NCBI GenBank assembly: GCA_003599865.1
Contig: QZKS01000013.1
Span: 2,414-66,413 of the forward strand
Length of the DNA: 64,000 nucleotides
Direction: 5' to 3'
Source of the DNA: Desulfobacteraceae bacterium
Lineage (GTDB): Bacteria; Desulfobacterota; Desulfobacteria; Desulfobacterales; SURF-7
This document shows positions 28,269 through 38,071 of the stretch, in pieces. The stretch's first letter is position 1; each line of letters opens with the position of its first letter. A program made the translations under genes and the position numbers. Below the pieces are notes generated by a model. That model had not been told where the DNA came from and did no database searches. It was given only the letters and a program-made list of their open reading frames with translations.

Positions 28269-29609
28269 ATGGCATTAACCGGTATTCAAATTTTCAAACT
28301 CCTTCCAAAAACGAACTGTAAGGAGTGCGGTGTTCCGACTTGTCTTGCCTTTGCCATGAACCTGGCCTCCGGTAAAGCTGAGCTTGATACATGTCCCTAC
28401 GTTTCTGATGAAGCCAGGGAACAACTGGCGGAAGCTTCAGCTCCACCGATTCGCCCGGTAGCTGTTGGAAAGGGTGTGCGTGCGGCAAAGGCAGGCGGTG
28501 AAACCGTCATGTACAGACATGAAAAAACTTTTTATAATCCGACATTGCTGGCGGCAACGGTTGGATCTGATATTTCCGACGCAGCTCTGACCGCCAATCT
28601 GGTAAAATGGAATGCATTTCAGTTTGAACGCGTTGGCTTGAATCTGCGTCCTGAGCTGGTAGCGGTTAAAGACGTAAATGGTGACAAGGCGGCGTTTGCC
28701 AAAGTTGCCAAGAAAGTTGCTGAGACTTCAGAGTTCAACGTGATTCTGATGTCTGAAAATGCAGATGTAATGAAAGCCGGTGTAGAAGCATGTGCGTTTA
28801 AGCGTCCATTAATGTATGCTGCAACCGATGCAACAGCGGATGCTTTCGGTAAAATCGCTTTGGACAATAACCTGCCTCTGGCTATCAAGGCCGATTCGAT
28901 AGAAGCATTGATTTCGCTTTCCGACAAACTGACCGCTATGGGTCTGAAAGACCTTGTGCTGGATTCCGGTGCCCGAGAGATTAAAAAGGCGTTGGAAGAT
29001 CAGGTCGCTATCCGAAGGGCGGCTTTGAAACAAGGCAACCGTTCGCTTGGTTTCCCGACAATCACACTACCGAGTGAAATGGCTTCCAACGTAGACGTGG
29101 AATCCCTGATTGCCGCCATGTTTATCGCCAAATACGGCGGTATTGTTGTTCTTTCCGATTTCGCCGGGGAAAGCATTTTTCCGCTGCTGCTGGAACGTCT
29201 GAACATTTTCACTGATCCGCAGCGTCCCATGACGGTAACCGAGGGTATCTACGAAATCGGAAATCCGAATGAGAATTCTCCGGTCCTGGTGACAACAAAC
29301 TTTGCTTTGACATATTTTATTGTATCCGGTGAAATTGAAAGCAGCAATGTTCCGTCATGGCTGCTGATTAAAAATTCTGAAGGCCTTTCGGTTCTTACCG
29401 CATGGGCTGCTGGAAAATTTGCCGGTGATGATGTTGGCGCGTTTGTGAAAAAATGCGGCATTATGGATAAGGTGAAACATAAGGAATTGATTATCCCCGG
29501 TTATGCAGCTGCTATCGCCGGTGATATCGAAGAAGAGCTTCCCGGATGGAAAATTACGGTTGGCCCACGTGAAGCTGCTCATATTCCGGCATTTTTGAGA
29601 GCAAAATAA
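28269..29609 (+). CDS. acsC: Corrinoid/Fe-S protein large subunit (CODH/ACS gamma subunit)
   Basis: 446 aa. N-terminal 4Fe-4S motif LPKTNCKECGVPTCLAFAMNL...CP, followed by TIM-barrel and B12-binding regions. Confidence 0.93.
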   Translation: MALTGIQIFKLLPKTNCKECGVPTCLAFAMNLASGKAELDTCPYVSDEAREQLAEASAPPIRPVAVGKGVRAAKAGGETVMYRHEKTFYNPTLLAATVGSDISDAALTANLVKWNAFQFERVGLNLRPELVAVKDVNGDKAAFAKVAKKVAETSEFNVILMSENADVMKAGVEACAFKRPLMYAATDATADAFGKIALDNNLPLAIKADSIEALISLSDKLTAMGLKDLVLDSGAREIKKALEDQVAIRRAALKQGNRSLGFPTITLPSEMASNVDVESLIAAMFIAKYGGIVVLSDFAGESIFPLLLERLNIFTDPQRPMTVTEGIYEIGNPNENSPVLVTTNFALTYFIVSGEIESSNVPSWLLIKNSEGLSVLTAWAAGKFAGDDVGAFVKKCGIMDKVKHKELIIPGYAAAIAGDIEEELPGWKITVGPREAAHIPAFLRAK

Positions 29610-29765
29610 TGGTAGTGTTCTAAATTCGAGGCGGACAAAAGAAAGTCCGCCTCCTTCATTTGTCCGCTGACAAGTTTTTGCAGTGCATCCTGGATGAATC
29701 AAAAATCATCAAAGAAGCACTGCTTACCATGAACAGCAGGCCAATCTTATAAGGGAGGAATGTGT

Positions 29766-30656
29766 ATGTATCTAATCGGCGAAAGCTTAAATGTTATTTC
29801 AAAAAAGATCGGCAAGGCGTTCAAGGAACGTGATCCCAAGCCGATTCAGGAAGAAGCCCTTCTGCAGAAAGCAAAGGGCATGGATTATATTGATATCAAT
29901 CTTGGTCCGGCAAAAAAAGACGGTCATGAATTGATGCCCTGGGTTGTTCAGACGGTTCAGGAAGTCGTATCGGATATTCCTCTTGCTCTGGACACATCCA
30001 ATATCGACGCCATTGAGGCGGCTTTAAAGGTCATTAAACCGGCGCCATATCCGCATATCATCAATTCCATCATGGCCCGTCCGGAAAGATATGAGAGAAT
30101 GCTTCCCCTGGCTGCAGAATACGGAACGGATTTCATCGCCCTGATGTGGGGACCGGATGGATTGCCCCGTGATGAAAATGAAAGAGCGTCCCTTGCCGTC
30201 GAGTTGATCTATGCTGCAAACGAAGCCGGTATCGAAAATGATAGAATCTGGGTGGATGGAATCGTTACCCCGGTCAATATTCAACAGCCGCAGCTCATCA
30301 GCCTGATGAATTTTCAGGCAATGATCCAGGATATTGCTCCCGGTGCAAAGAGTACCTGCGGTCTTTCCAATATTTCCAATGGACCGCCCGATCATCTTCG
30401 TCCGATTCTCAATCAGACTTATATGATCATGCTGGAAACAAATGGCATGTATTCCGTCATTTCCGATCCTCTGGATGAAAAATTGACGGATATCGCAAAG
30501 GGAAATCGTCAGGATATCGTTGATGTCGTAAATGCGACCATGCAGGGAAATGCTCCGGATTTGGGCAGCCTTTCCAAAGAGATGCAGGACTATGTTAAAA
30601 CCGTCAAGGTGATTTTGGGTGAAACATTGTATTCTGACTCATGGCTTGAAGTGTAA
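29766..30656 (+). CDS. acsE: Methyltetrahydrofolate:corrinoid/Fe-S protein methyltransferase (pterin-binding/DHPS-like)
   Basis: MYLIGESLNVISKKIGKAFKERD...DYIDINLGP is typical of AcsE/MeTr. The ATG at 29766 sits 7 nt after AGGGAGGA. The tracked start at 29760 is too close to the RBS. Confidence 0.9.
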   Translation: MYLIGESLNVISKKIGKAFKERDPKPIQEEALLQKAKGMDYIDINLGPAKKDGHELMPWVVQTVQEVVSDIPLALDTSNIDAIEAALKVIKPAPYPHIINSIMARPERYERMLPLAAEYGTDFIALMWGPDGLPRDENERASLAVELIYAANEAGIENDRIWVDGIVTPVNIQQPQLISLMNFQAMIQDIAPGAKSTCGLSNISNGPPDHLRPILNQTYMIMLETNGMYSVISDPLDEKLTDIAKGNRQDIVDVVNATMQGNAPDLGSLSKEMQDYVKTVKVILGETLYSDSWLEV

Positions 30657-30669
30657 GCGAACTTCTTGC

Positions 30670-30717
30670 GGGCAGGTCTTGTGAGTGATGATCATCATCA
30701 GACCTGCCCCTTTTATT
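30670..30717 (+). terminator. Rho-independent terminator closing the CODH/ACS operon
   Basis: GGGCAGGTCT (30670-30679) pairs with AGACCTGCCC (30700-30709) and is followed by CTTTTATT. Confidence 0.7.
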
Positions 30718-30851
30718 CCAGCCGTACCATCCGAAGAAAAACCGAAAATGAGTTATATCCATCCTTTGAAGATGTTGCCGGTTTTCTCCTTTCTACTTCC
30801 ATTGTATTCCTTTTCGTTTAATTTCCGTCTTGTATTTGGTATCGGAGAACT

Positions 30852-32519
30852 ATGCGTATAACAGATAATATCGATGAGACAAAATGTGATGTGGTCGTGG
30901 TCGGAGCCGGATTCGGCGGGGCAGCAGCAGCCAAAAAATGCGCGGATGCAGGACTGAAAACCATCATGCTGGAGCGTTCAAAGAACGTTGGCGATAAAAT
31001 TATTTCCGGTCTGACGATTCCCTTTCATGGATTTCTGTTCGGACCTGCTTTTATCCGGGATGGGAATCCTCCGATTGAAAGGCCGGTGGACGGCATTGTC
31101 AATTATATTATCAAGGATATTGAAAACAAGGATATTGATATCGATGATTCCTTAAAGGTTCCCAAACCGTTTTCACCCGTATTCTCAGTAGGGTATAATG
31201 CCTTTTGCAAGGCATTCTGTGAGTGGGAAGTAGAGCAGGCTGTTGCATCCGGTGTTGAACTGAGAACGGAAACAACGGTTTTGGATGTGATTCGAGACAA
31301 TGGACGCATCAGCGGTGTCATAACGGAAAAAGATGAACGGATATGGTCCAAAATAGTGATTGATGCCGAAGGCTCCCATGGCCTCCTGGCCATCAAGGCC
31401 GGTGTCCGGAAAAAATATCCTCCGGATACCATCTCACTGGCGGATGTCTATGTGTATGATATGGACAAAAGAGATATTGACCGGATATTCGGTTTTTCCC
31501 TCCGTTTCTGCTGGGGCTGGGATGAGCAGAAAATCGCCCCGCCTCTGGGTCATGGAAACGGCCTGATGGTATGGCCTTACAGAGACAGTCTTCATCTTAT
31601 GCAGGATCAGTGTCTCCGGAACGATGATGGTCCGGTTTATAATCTGGCCGCTGCATTAAAGGGGTATCATGAAAAAATTACGGCCAACCTGCCCTGGTGG
31701 AAGAATGAGATTGAGCCAAGGGTTACACTCCGGGCACGGATGTGGGACGGATTTGAAATCTTTGTAGGATTGAATGAGCAGTTGAGAAATATGCCCAACT
31801 TTACCGACGGTATGCTGCTGATCGGGGATGCTGCCGGTCTTGAAAATACGGAATTGTGCGATGGTGTGCCGACTGCCTGGTTTTCCGCTGAGATTGCAGC
31901 AGACGTTGCCATTGAGGCTATTTCGCATCATGATACTTCCGCATCCTTCCTGAAACGCTATGATGACCGCATCAAGGCGCATCCCATTATCCAGTGGGCG
32001 ATAACATCCACCAACCGATACAATCTGCGGTTTGCCCAACAGGAACATGACGAAAAAAAGCTGAAGCAATGCATACATGACGGCTGGGGCCTTGGTTTTT
32101 GCAAGTATGGAAGTACGGCGCTTATGAGAATAGTCCTTTTTTTTATCAGGAAAGATCCCAAAATTATCGGGAAGTGGATCCGGATGTATCTGCGGTATTA
32201 CTACAATTGGCATTACAGCCATTTTGGAGATACAGGGATTGCAAAGGAGAAACAAAACAGGCGGAATGGGATCCGGCTGAAATCCTGTCTTCGATTAATG
32301 GATCTGATATTGTTTATTTTCAGCCCTTTGATCCGGCTGGTTGCCGGGTTGCTGGAGCCGTTGGCAGGTGCGGCAAATCCGGTAATGCGGTTTTTGTTCC
32401 CGATTGTCGCACCGGTATATCTCAAGTTTATCAAGAGATGGGATGCGGCTCTCGAGCCTCTCTCAACCCGGCTGGTCAATGCAATTGTTGCATCCGACCC
32501 TTCCATCTTTAATGCTTGA
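30852..32519 (+). CDS. FAD-dependent oxidoreductase, FixC / ETF-quinone-oxidoreductase-like, with hydrophobic C-terminal extension
   Basis: 555 aa. Dinucleotide fold DVVVVGAGFGGAAAAKKCADAGLKTIMLER. GDAAG motif (LLIGDAAGLEN). The last ~130 aa are hydrophobic/amphipathic. Confidence 0.78.
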   Translation: MRITDNIDETKCDVVVVGAGFGGAAAAKKCADAGLKTIMLERSKNVGDKIISGLTIPFHGFLFGPAFIRDGNPPIERPVDGIVNYIIKDIENKDIDIDDSLKVPKPFSPVFSVGYNAFCKAFCEWEVEQAVASGVELRTETTVLDVIRDNGRISGVITEKDERIWSKIVIDAEGSHGLLAIKAGVRKKYPPDTISLADVYVYDMDKRDIDRIFGFSLRFCWGWDEQKIAPPLGHGNGLMVWPYRDSLHLMQDQCLRNDDGPVYNLAAALKGYHEKITANLPWWKNEIEPRVTLRARMWDGFEIFVGLNEQLRNMPNFTDGMLLIGDAAGLENTELCDGVPTAWFSAEIAADVAIEAISHHDTSASFLKRYDDRIKAHPIIQWAITSTNRYNLRFAQQEHDEKKLKQCIHDGWGLGFCKYGSTALMRIVLFFIRKDPKIIGKWIRMYLRYYYNWHYSHFGDTGIAKEKQNRRNGIRLKSCLRLMDLILFIFSPLIRLVAGLLEPLAGAANPVMRFLFPIVAPVYLKFIKRWDAALEPLSTRLVNAIVASDPSIFNA

Positions 32520-32540
32520 TATCATGTTGAGGACAGAAAA

Positions 32541-32810
32541 ATGGCCATATCGTTTGATGATATTCCCGGTGTGGAATGGGAACCCGGGGCCGGCGAATTC
32601 ATAACCGTTGATCCTGAACTATGTATTGGGTGCGCCAACTGCGTTAAAGTCTGCCTTGGAGGCTGCTATGAAATAGTACGAAAAAAAGCGGTCATCCGGT
32701 CGCTCGACAAGTGTATGGAGTGCGGTGCATGCTGGTATGTATGCGACAATGAGGCGATTTCATTTTCCTGGCCTCCGGGAGGAACGGGTTTTCGGACCAA
32801 ATGGGGATGA
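32541..32810 (+). CDS. FixX-like ferredoxin-family protein
   Basis: 89 aa. CIGCANCVKVC...CMECGACWYVC, with the tail FSWPPGGTGFRTKWG typical of FixX-type proteins. It immediately follows the FixC-like gene. Confidence 0.8.
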   Translation: MAISFDDIPGVEWEPGAGEFITVDPELCIGCANCVKVCLGGCYEIVRKKAVIRSLDKCMECGACWYVCDNEAISFSWPPGGTGFRTKWG

Positions 32811-32814
32811 CGGC

Positions 32815-33609
32815 TTAATCCAGCTCATGCGGATGTACTTTGAATAGCCGGCACGTGTTTCCCCATAATATTTCAGACAGCTTTTCCGGGGGTTCATTCA
32901 GGGTTTCCGCCAGCTTTTCAAAGGTGGAACGCACAAATGCCGGTTCGTTTCGGTGTGTCTTGTTTTTCTCCGGCGCCGGGGTGAGATAGGGCGCGTCGGT
33001 TTCAATGAGAAGCCGGTCCAGTGGTATGTGCCGCACCAGTTTGCGAAGATCTGTCCCGCGGGTTTGAATGGTCAGTATGCCGGTAATTCCGATATAATAT
33101 CCGAGTTCAAGATAGGCCTCGAGTTCTTTTCGGCTGCCGCTGAAACAGTGAACCACGCCGGTTCTGTTTTGTGTATGCGTTTCTTGTAAAAAGGATAAGA
33201 GGCGGCCATGGCTCTCCCTTTCATGAAAGATCAGGGGAAGCTGAAGTTCATCTGCCGTTTCAAGCTGGCGGACAAACCATTTTTCCTGAACCTCCTGCGG
33301 GGAAAACATCCGGTTAAAATCAAGGCCGATTTCCCCCCAGGCCTTTACCTTTGGATTGCCGGCAAGCATTTGAAGACGGTGGATAACCGTTTCAGAGCAG
33401 GATGCGGCATCATGGGGGTGGACACCGACCGCGGCAAACAAACCATGGTTGCTTGCCGCCAATGGCACCGCCTTTTCAGCCGTTTTCAGCGTAATGCCTG
33501 CGATCATCATTCCTTGAACGCCTGCATTGCGTGCCCGTTGCAGCACCTGGGCAAAATCTGGATCGAATATTTTGTCATCGATATGGCAGTGACTGTCAAA
33601 CAGCTTCAT
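32815..33609 (-). CDS. tatD: TatD-family metal-dependent hydrolase/DNase
   Basis: 264 aa. MKLFDSHCHIDD start, EIGLDF, and HCFSGS motifs. Confidence 0.9.
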   Translation of the reverse strand: MKLFDSHCHIDDKIFDPDFAQVLQRARNAGVQGMMIAGITLKTAEKAVPLAASNHGLFAAVGVHPHDAASCSETVIHRLQMLAGNPKVKAWGEIGLDFNRMFSPQEVQEKWFVRQLETADELQLPLIFHERESHGRLLSFLQETHTQNRTGVVHCFSGSRKELEAYLELGYYIGITGILTIQTRGTDLRKLVRHIPLDRLLIETDAPYLTPAPEKNKTHRNEPAFVRSTFEKLAETLNEPPEKLSEILWGNTCRLFKVHPHELD

Positions 33610-33920
33610 AACAGATATTCCTTGATTACCGTTTTTTTTGAGATGCGATTTACCATCGAATCGTCACAAATTCAATATACTTTGTTTTTTTCTTGTGTGG
33701 TTGTTTATGCTTCCGGATACCAATGGGTTGGAAACAAAATACAGCAACGGGCTTTTGTTGGCAAAAAGAAGAAATTGAGGAAATCCTAAAACAGATCCGG
33801 TTTTACGCTTGATTTTAGCAGAAGCATGAAGTAGCCTGTGAGGTCATAAAAACTTCAAAGGTTTCCCAAAAGGTTGATTGAAATAAAGCGTTTACTGATT
33901 TACAAATCAGGAGGTATCAC

Positions 33921-34760
33921 ATGTTTAAAGTCGTAAAAAGGGAAGAGATGGCCAAGGGAACGGTCATTCTCAATGAGATTGAGGCGCCATTGATTGCCAA
34001 AAAGGCAAAGCCCGGGCAGTTTGTGATTTTAAAAGCCACGGAAACAGGGGAACGCATTCCGTTGACCATGGCGGATACGAATCCGGAAAAAGGAACGATC
34101 ACAATCATCTATATGGTCGTCGGCAAATCGACAGCATTGTTCAAGACGCTGCAGGAAGGGGACGAATATCAGGATGTCATCGGTCCGCTCGGCAAACCCA
34201 CCCATCTGGAAAAGGTTGGAAATGTTGTATGCGTTGGGGGCGGTACCGGAGTTGCTGTTCTTCATCCCATTACGCGAGGACTGAAACAGGCTGGAAACAA
34301 TGTGATCAGCATTATCGGCGCACGAAATAAAGGCTTGCTGATTCTGGAGGAACAGATGAAAGCCGCCTCTCATAAGCTGTATGTCTGTACGGATGACGGC
34401 TCATATGGCCACCATGGTTTTGTAACCGATGTATTGAAAGAGGTTCTGGAAAAAAATGATATCAAGCTGGTTGTCGCCATCGGACCGGTTCCCATGATGA
34501 AGTTTGTATGCAGGATGACAAAGGATTTTAATGTCAAAACCCTTGTCAGCCTGAACCCGATTATGATTGACGGAACAGGGATGTGTGGCGGATGCCGTGT
34601 CTCAATCGGCGGCAAGACTCAATTTGCCTGTGTGGATGGTCCGGAATTTGACGGGCATCAGGTAGATTTTGATGAACTGATGCTTCGTCTTCAGGCATAT
34701 ATCGAGGATGAAAAGGCAAGTCATGATGAGTTCTGCAATCTCAAAAAGGAAAATGTGTAA
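33921..34760 (+). CDS. nfnA: Sulfide/dihydroorotate dehydrogenase-like FAD/NAD-binding protein (NfnA-like small subunit)
   Basis: 279 aa. FNR-like fold (PGQFVIL, RIPLTMAD, VGGGTGVA) and C-terminal 2Fe-2S Cys motif (GTGMCGGCRV...FACVDGP). Confidence 0.85.
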   Translation: MFKVVKREEMAKGTVILNEIEAPLIAKKAKPGQFVILKATETGERIPLTMADTNPEKGTITIIYMVVGKSTALFKTLQEGDEYQDVIGPLGKPTHLEKVGNVVCVGGGTGVAVLHPITRGLKQAGNNVISIIGARNKGLLILEEQMKAASHKLYVCTDDGSYGHHGFVTDVLKEVLEKNDIKLVVAIGPVPMMKFVCRMTKDFNVKTLVSLNPIMIDGTGMCGGCRVSIGGKTQFACVDGPEFDGHQVDFDELMLRLQAYIEDEKASHDEFCNLKKENV

Positions 34761-34830
34761 TCATATCATACAGGAATCTGATATCGGAACCTGTCAAGAG
34801 AGGGTATCCACATATCTAACGGAGGATATA

Positions 34831-36243
34831 ATGTCGGAAACAAAAGAGAAGAAAGAAAAAATACCAAGGCAGCCGATGCCGGAACAGGAAGCAAAAGTCA
34901 GGGCCAAAAATTTTGAAGAGGTTCCGCTTGGATACAGTCCGGAAGCAGCCATGGTCGAGGCAAAAAGATGCCTTCAATGCAAAAATCCGGCTTGTGTTCA
35001 AGGATGTCCGGTAGGCGTTAATATTCCGGGTTTCATCGGCCATATTCGGGAGGGGCATTTTGAAAAAGCCATCAGTCTGATATGGGAAAGAAACGGATTG
35101 CCGGCTGTATGCGGCAGGGTATGCCCGCAGGAATTGCAGTGTGAGGGAAATTGCATTCTCGGGAAAAAAGGAGATGCGGTTGCCATCGGAAACCTGGAAC
35201 GGTTTGCCGCTGACTATGCCCGCAAAAGCGGAGAGTGTGAACTGCCTGTCAAATTGGAACCGACGGGGAAAAAGGTTGCAGTTGTGGGGTCCGGGCCATC
35301 CGGTCTGACCGTTGCAGGCGATTTGGCACTGAAAGGCCATGAGGTGACCATATTTGAGGCATTTCATAAACCGGGCGGCGTTCTGGTTTACGGAATTCCG
35401 GAGTTCAGATTACCCAAAGAAATCGTTTTTTCAGAAGTGGCCGGTCTGCAGGATCTCGGCGTCAAGCTGGAGTGCAATGCCGTGGTCGGGCGAACCGTAT
35501 CTCTGGATGAGCTTTTCGAGCAGGGTTATGATGCCATTTTCCTGGGTGTCGGAGCAGGGCTTCCGACCTTTTTAAATATTCCGGGAGAAAATCTGATCGG
35601 AATTTTGTCAGCTAATGAGTATCTTACCCGTTCCAACCTGATGAAGGCATATATGTTCCCGAAATACGATACGCCGGTAGTAAGGGGAAAAAATGTCATC
35701 ACGCTGGGAGCTGGTAATGTGGCCATGGATGCAGCCCGAACAGCTTTGCGGCTTGGAGCGCAGTCTTCCCGTATCGTTTACCGGCGGTCTCGTGAAGAGG
35801 TTCCGGCAAGAGGTGCCGAAGTGCATCATGCCGAACAGGAAGGTGTGGAGTTTCATTTTCTGACAAGTCCTGTTGAATTCAAAGGAAATGAAAAGGGGCG
35901 TGTCACCGGAATGGTTGGCCTGAAGATGGAGCTGGGTGAACCGGACAGTTCAGGTCGCCGAAGGCCCATAGCCATCAAAGGTTCTGAGTTTGAGCTGGAA
36001 TGCGATCTTGCCATTATTGCGGTCGGCGCAGGGGCCAATCCGCTGTTGACGCAATCCACCAAGGATATTGAATTGAACAAATGGGGATATATTGTTGCAG
36101 ACGAAGCCACCGGTAAAACCAGCAAAAAAGGAGTCTGGGCAGGAGGCGATATCGTTACCGGTTCCGCCACTGTCATTCTTGCGATGGGAGCGGGCAGGCA
36201 GGCAGCTAATTCCATCCATGACTATCTTACCAGGGGCTGGTGA
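34831..36243 (+). CDS. nfnB: NADPH-dependent glutamate synthase small-subunit-like oxidoreductase (NfnB-like)
   Basis: ATG at 34831, 6 nt after GGAGG. CLQCKNPACVQGCPV, VCPQELQCEGNC, and VAVVGSGPSGLTVAGDLA FAD/NAD folds. The tracked ORF start 34708 overlaps nfnA and is rejected. Confidence 0.88.
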   Translation: MSETKEKKEKIPRQPMPEQEAKVRAKNFEEVPLGYSPEAAMVEAKRCLQCKNPACVQGCPVGVNIPGFIGHIREGHFEKAISLIWERNGLPAVCGRVCPQELQCEGNCILGKKGDAVAIGNLERFAADYARKSGECELPVKLEPTGKKVAVVGSGPSGLTVAGDLALKGHEVTIFEAFHKPGGVLVYGIPEFRLPKEIVFSEVAGLQDLGVKLECNAVVGRTVSLDELFEQGYDAIFLGVGAGLPTFLNIPGENLIGILSANEYLTRSNLMKAYMFPKYDTPVVRGKNVITLGAGNVAMDAARTALRLGAQSSRIVYRRSREEVPARGAEVHHAEQEGVEFHFLTSPVEFKGNEKGRVTGMVGLKMELGEPDSSGRRRPIAIKGSEFELECDLAIIAVGAGANPLLTQSTKDIELNKWGYIVADEATGKTSKKGVWAGGDIVTGSATVILAMGAGRQAANSIHDYLTRGW

Positions 36244-36258
36244 TTTTCGGTTAAACAG

Positions 36259-37065
36259 ATGAAGACATATCACAGGGTGTTGTGCATCGCCGGTTCGGAC
36301 AGCAGCGGAGGTGCCGGCATTCAGGCTGATCTAAAAACGGTTTCGTCTCTCGGCTGTTACGGAATGACGGTGATAACGGCGCTAACCAGTCAGAATACAC
36401 AGGGGGTAACCGCAATTTATGCGGTTCCCCCTGATTTTATTGTCGCTCAGCTGACCGCTGTCATTGAAGATATCGGAGTAGACGCAGTTAAGATCGGAAT
36501 GCTGTTTTCCGCAGAGAACATCCAAGCTGTTTCTTCGGTTCTGCATCAATATGATCTTCATAACATTATTCTGGACCCGGTGATGGCATCCCAGAGTGGA
36601 AGACGACTTCTTCAGGATGACGCAATTCCCCTATTAAAGTCTTCCCTTTTTCAACAGGTGGATCTGCTGATGCCGAATTTGCCGGAGGCCGAAATTCTTC
36701 TTGGGCGAAAGATCCATGGGCCGGAAGGGATTCAAAAGGCCGCCATTGAATTGTCTGCGATGGGATGTAAAGACATTTTGATAAAAGGCGGACATGCTGA
36801 TGGGATGGATACAACAGACCGGCTTTACCTGGGAAGGCAGGACCGGTTTGTCTCATTCCGGGGAAGCCGGGTGAATACGGTTAATGATCACGGTACCGGC
36901 TGTACCCTGTCATCAGCGATTGCCTCTTTTCTGGCAAAAGGGATGTTGCTGGAAGACGCTGTTCAATCCGCCAAACAATATATTAACGGAGCGCTGCAGG
37001 CCGGCGCTGAATATACCATTGGAAAAGGAAAAGGGCCGGTTCATCATTTTTATCAATACTGGTAA
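36259..37065 (+). CDS. thiD: Hydroxymethylpyrimidine/phosphomethylpyrimidine kinase
   Basis: 268 aa. VLCIAGSDSSGGAGIQADLKT and the GTGCTLSSAIAS motif. Confidence 0.93.
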   Translation: MKTYHRVLCIAGSDSSGGAGIQADLKTVSSLGCYGMTVITALTSQNTQGVTAIYAVPPDFIVAQLTAVIEDIGVDAVKIGMLFSAENIQAVSSVLHQYDLHNIILDPVMASQSGRRLLQDDAIPLLKSSLFQQVDLLMPNLPEAEILLGRKIHGPEGIQKAAIELSAMGCKDILIKGGHADGMDTTDRLYLGRQDRFVSFRGSRVNTVNDHGTGCTLSSAIASFLAKGMLLEDAVQSAKQYINGALQAGAEYTIGKGKGPVHHFYQYW

Positions 37066-37097
37066 TATATAGGACTTGTCGGATTGCTCAAGCCCGT

Positions 37098-38048
37098 CTA
37101 TTTTTTTCCATGCTGAAAAGAGGAAAGCGCAGATGGCGGTGCGATCATATGTTTCCCGGTAAAAGGAAGACATTTGCCGACCGGGTATGCCTTTGGGATC
37201 TCCTTTTTAATATTTCGGAAAGTTTCCGGAGGGCATGAAAAGAGCAGTTCATAATCCTCTCCGCTGGCGATGGCAAATTCTTGTGCAGGTATTCCCCGCT
37301 CAGAACAAAAGGAGATCAGTTGCGGATCAATGTCTTTTTGATCTATGGCAAGTTCTATGGTAACACCGGATGCCTGCGCGATATGCATGGAGTCTCCCTT
37401 CAGCCCGTCACTGATATCGATTACACATAACACCTTATGGTTTGCCAGTATTTCCGACGCGTCAAATCGGGCTACCGGTGACTTGAAAAAAGAGATCAGG
37501 TTCTGATCATGGGGATGATTCTGTTGCAATGCTTCAAGCCCTGCCCGTGCCAAGCCCAGAGGACCGGTACAGAACAATCCATCTCCGGGTTTTGCCAGGG
37601 AACGCAGGGGAAAAATAAAATCATGGCCTTCTCCGATCGCAAAAAGATCCAGGGACAGATGGTCACTGTCCGAGAGATTTCCTCCCCCCAGTGTGCAGCC
37701 ATATTTTTGAAGACCGATTCCAACGCCGCGATAGATATCTTCCGCTTCTTCTGAAGAAAAGGAAAGGGGGAGACCCATGTTGATAAACAAGCTGACCGGT
37801 CTGGCATAGGATGCAGCCAGGTCACTCAAGGTTACGGTGACAGCCTTCAGGCCGATTTCTTCCGGTGTCAGCCATTTTCGGTTAAAGTGAACACCTTCCC
37901 GTTGCGTGTCGGTGGTAATCACCGGCCGTTTTATGGTAGAGAGCAGGCAGGCATCATCTCCCGGCGGTACTTTGATAAAGCCTTTGGAATCGGGATAACT
38001 GCTTTTGGATGATGCTATCAATCTCCTGATCAGTCTGAATTCATCCAT
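37098..38048 (-). CDS. thiL: Thiamine-monophosphate kinase
   Basis: MDEFRLIRRLI...PPGDDACLL is the typical ThiL start. The AIR-synthase-like body follows. The tracked ORF reaches 38099, but Met18 fits homolog N-termini. Confidence 0.87.
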   Translation of the reverse strand: MDEFRLIRRLIASSKSSYPDSKGFIKVPPGDDACLLSTIKRPVITTDTQREGVHFNRKWLTPEEIGLKAVTVTLSDLAASYARPVSLFINMGLPLSFSSEEAEDIYRGVGIGLQKYGCTLGGGNLSDSDHLSLDLFAIGEGHDFIFPLRSLAKPGDGLFCTGPLGLARAGLEALQQNHPHDQNLISFFKSPVARFDASEILANHKVLCVIDISDGLKGDSMHIAQASGVTIELAIDQKDIDPQLISFCSERGIPAQEFAIASGEDYELLFSCPPETFRNIKKEIPKAYPVGKCLPFTGKHMIAPPSALSSFQHGKK

Positions 38049-38071
38049 CACACTATTTTTTATCTCCATGA

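Noticed and set aside
34708-34830. N-terminal extension of the NfnB-like ORF overlapping nfnA
   Set aside because: The extension overlaps the nfnA 3' end, and its sequence (MKRQVMMSSAISKRKMCNH...) is not homolog-like. A GGAGG plus ATG at 34831 gives the conserved N-terminus.
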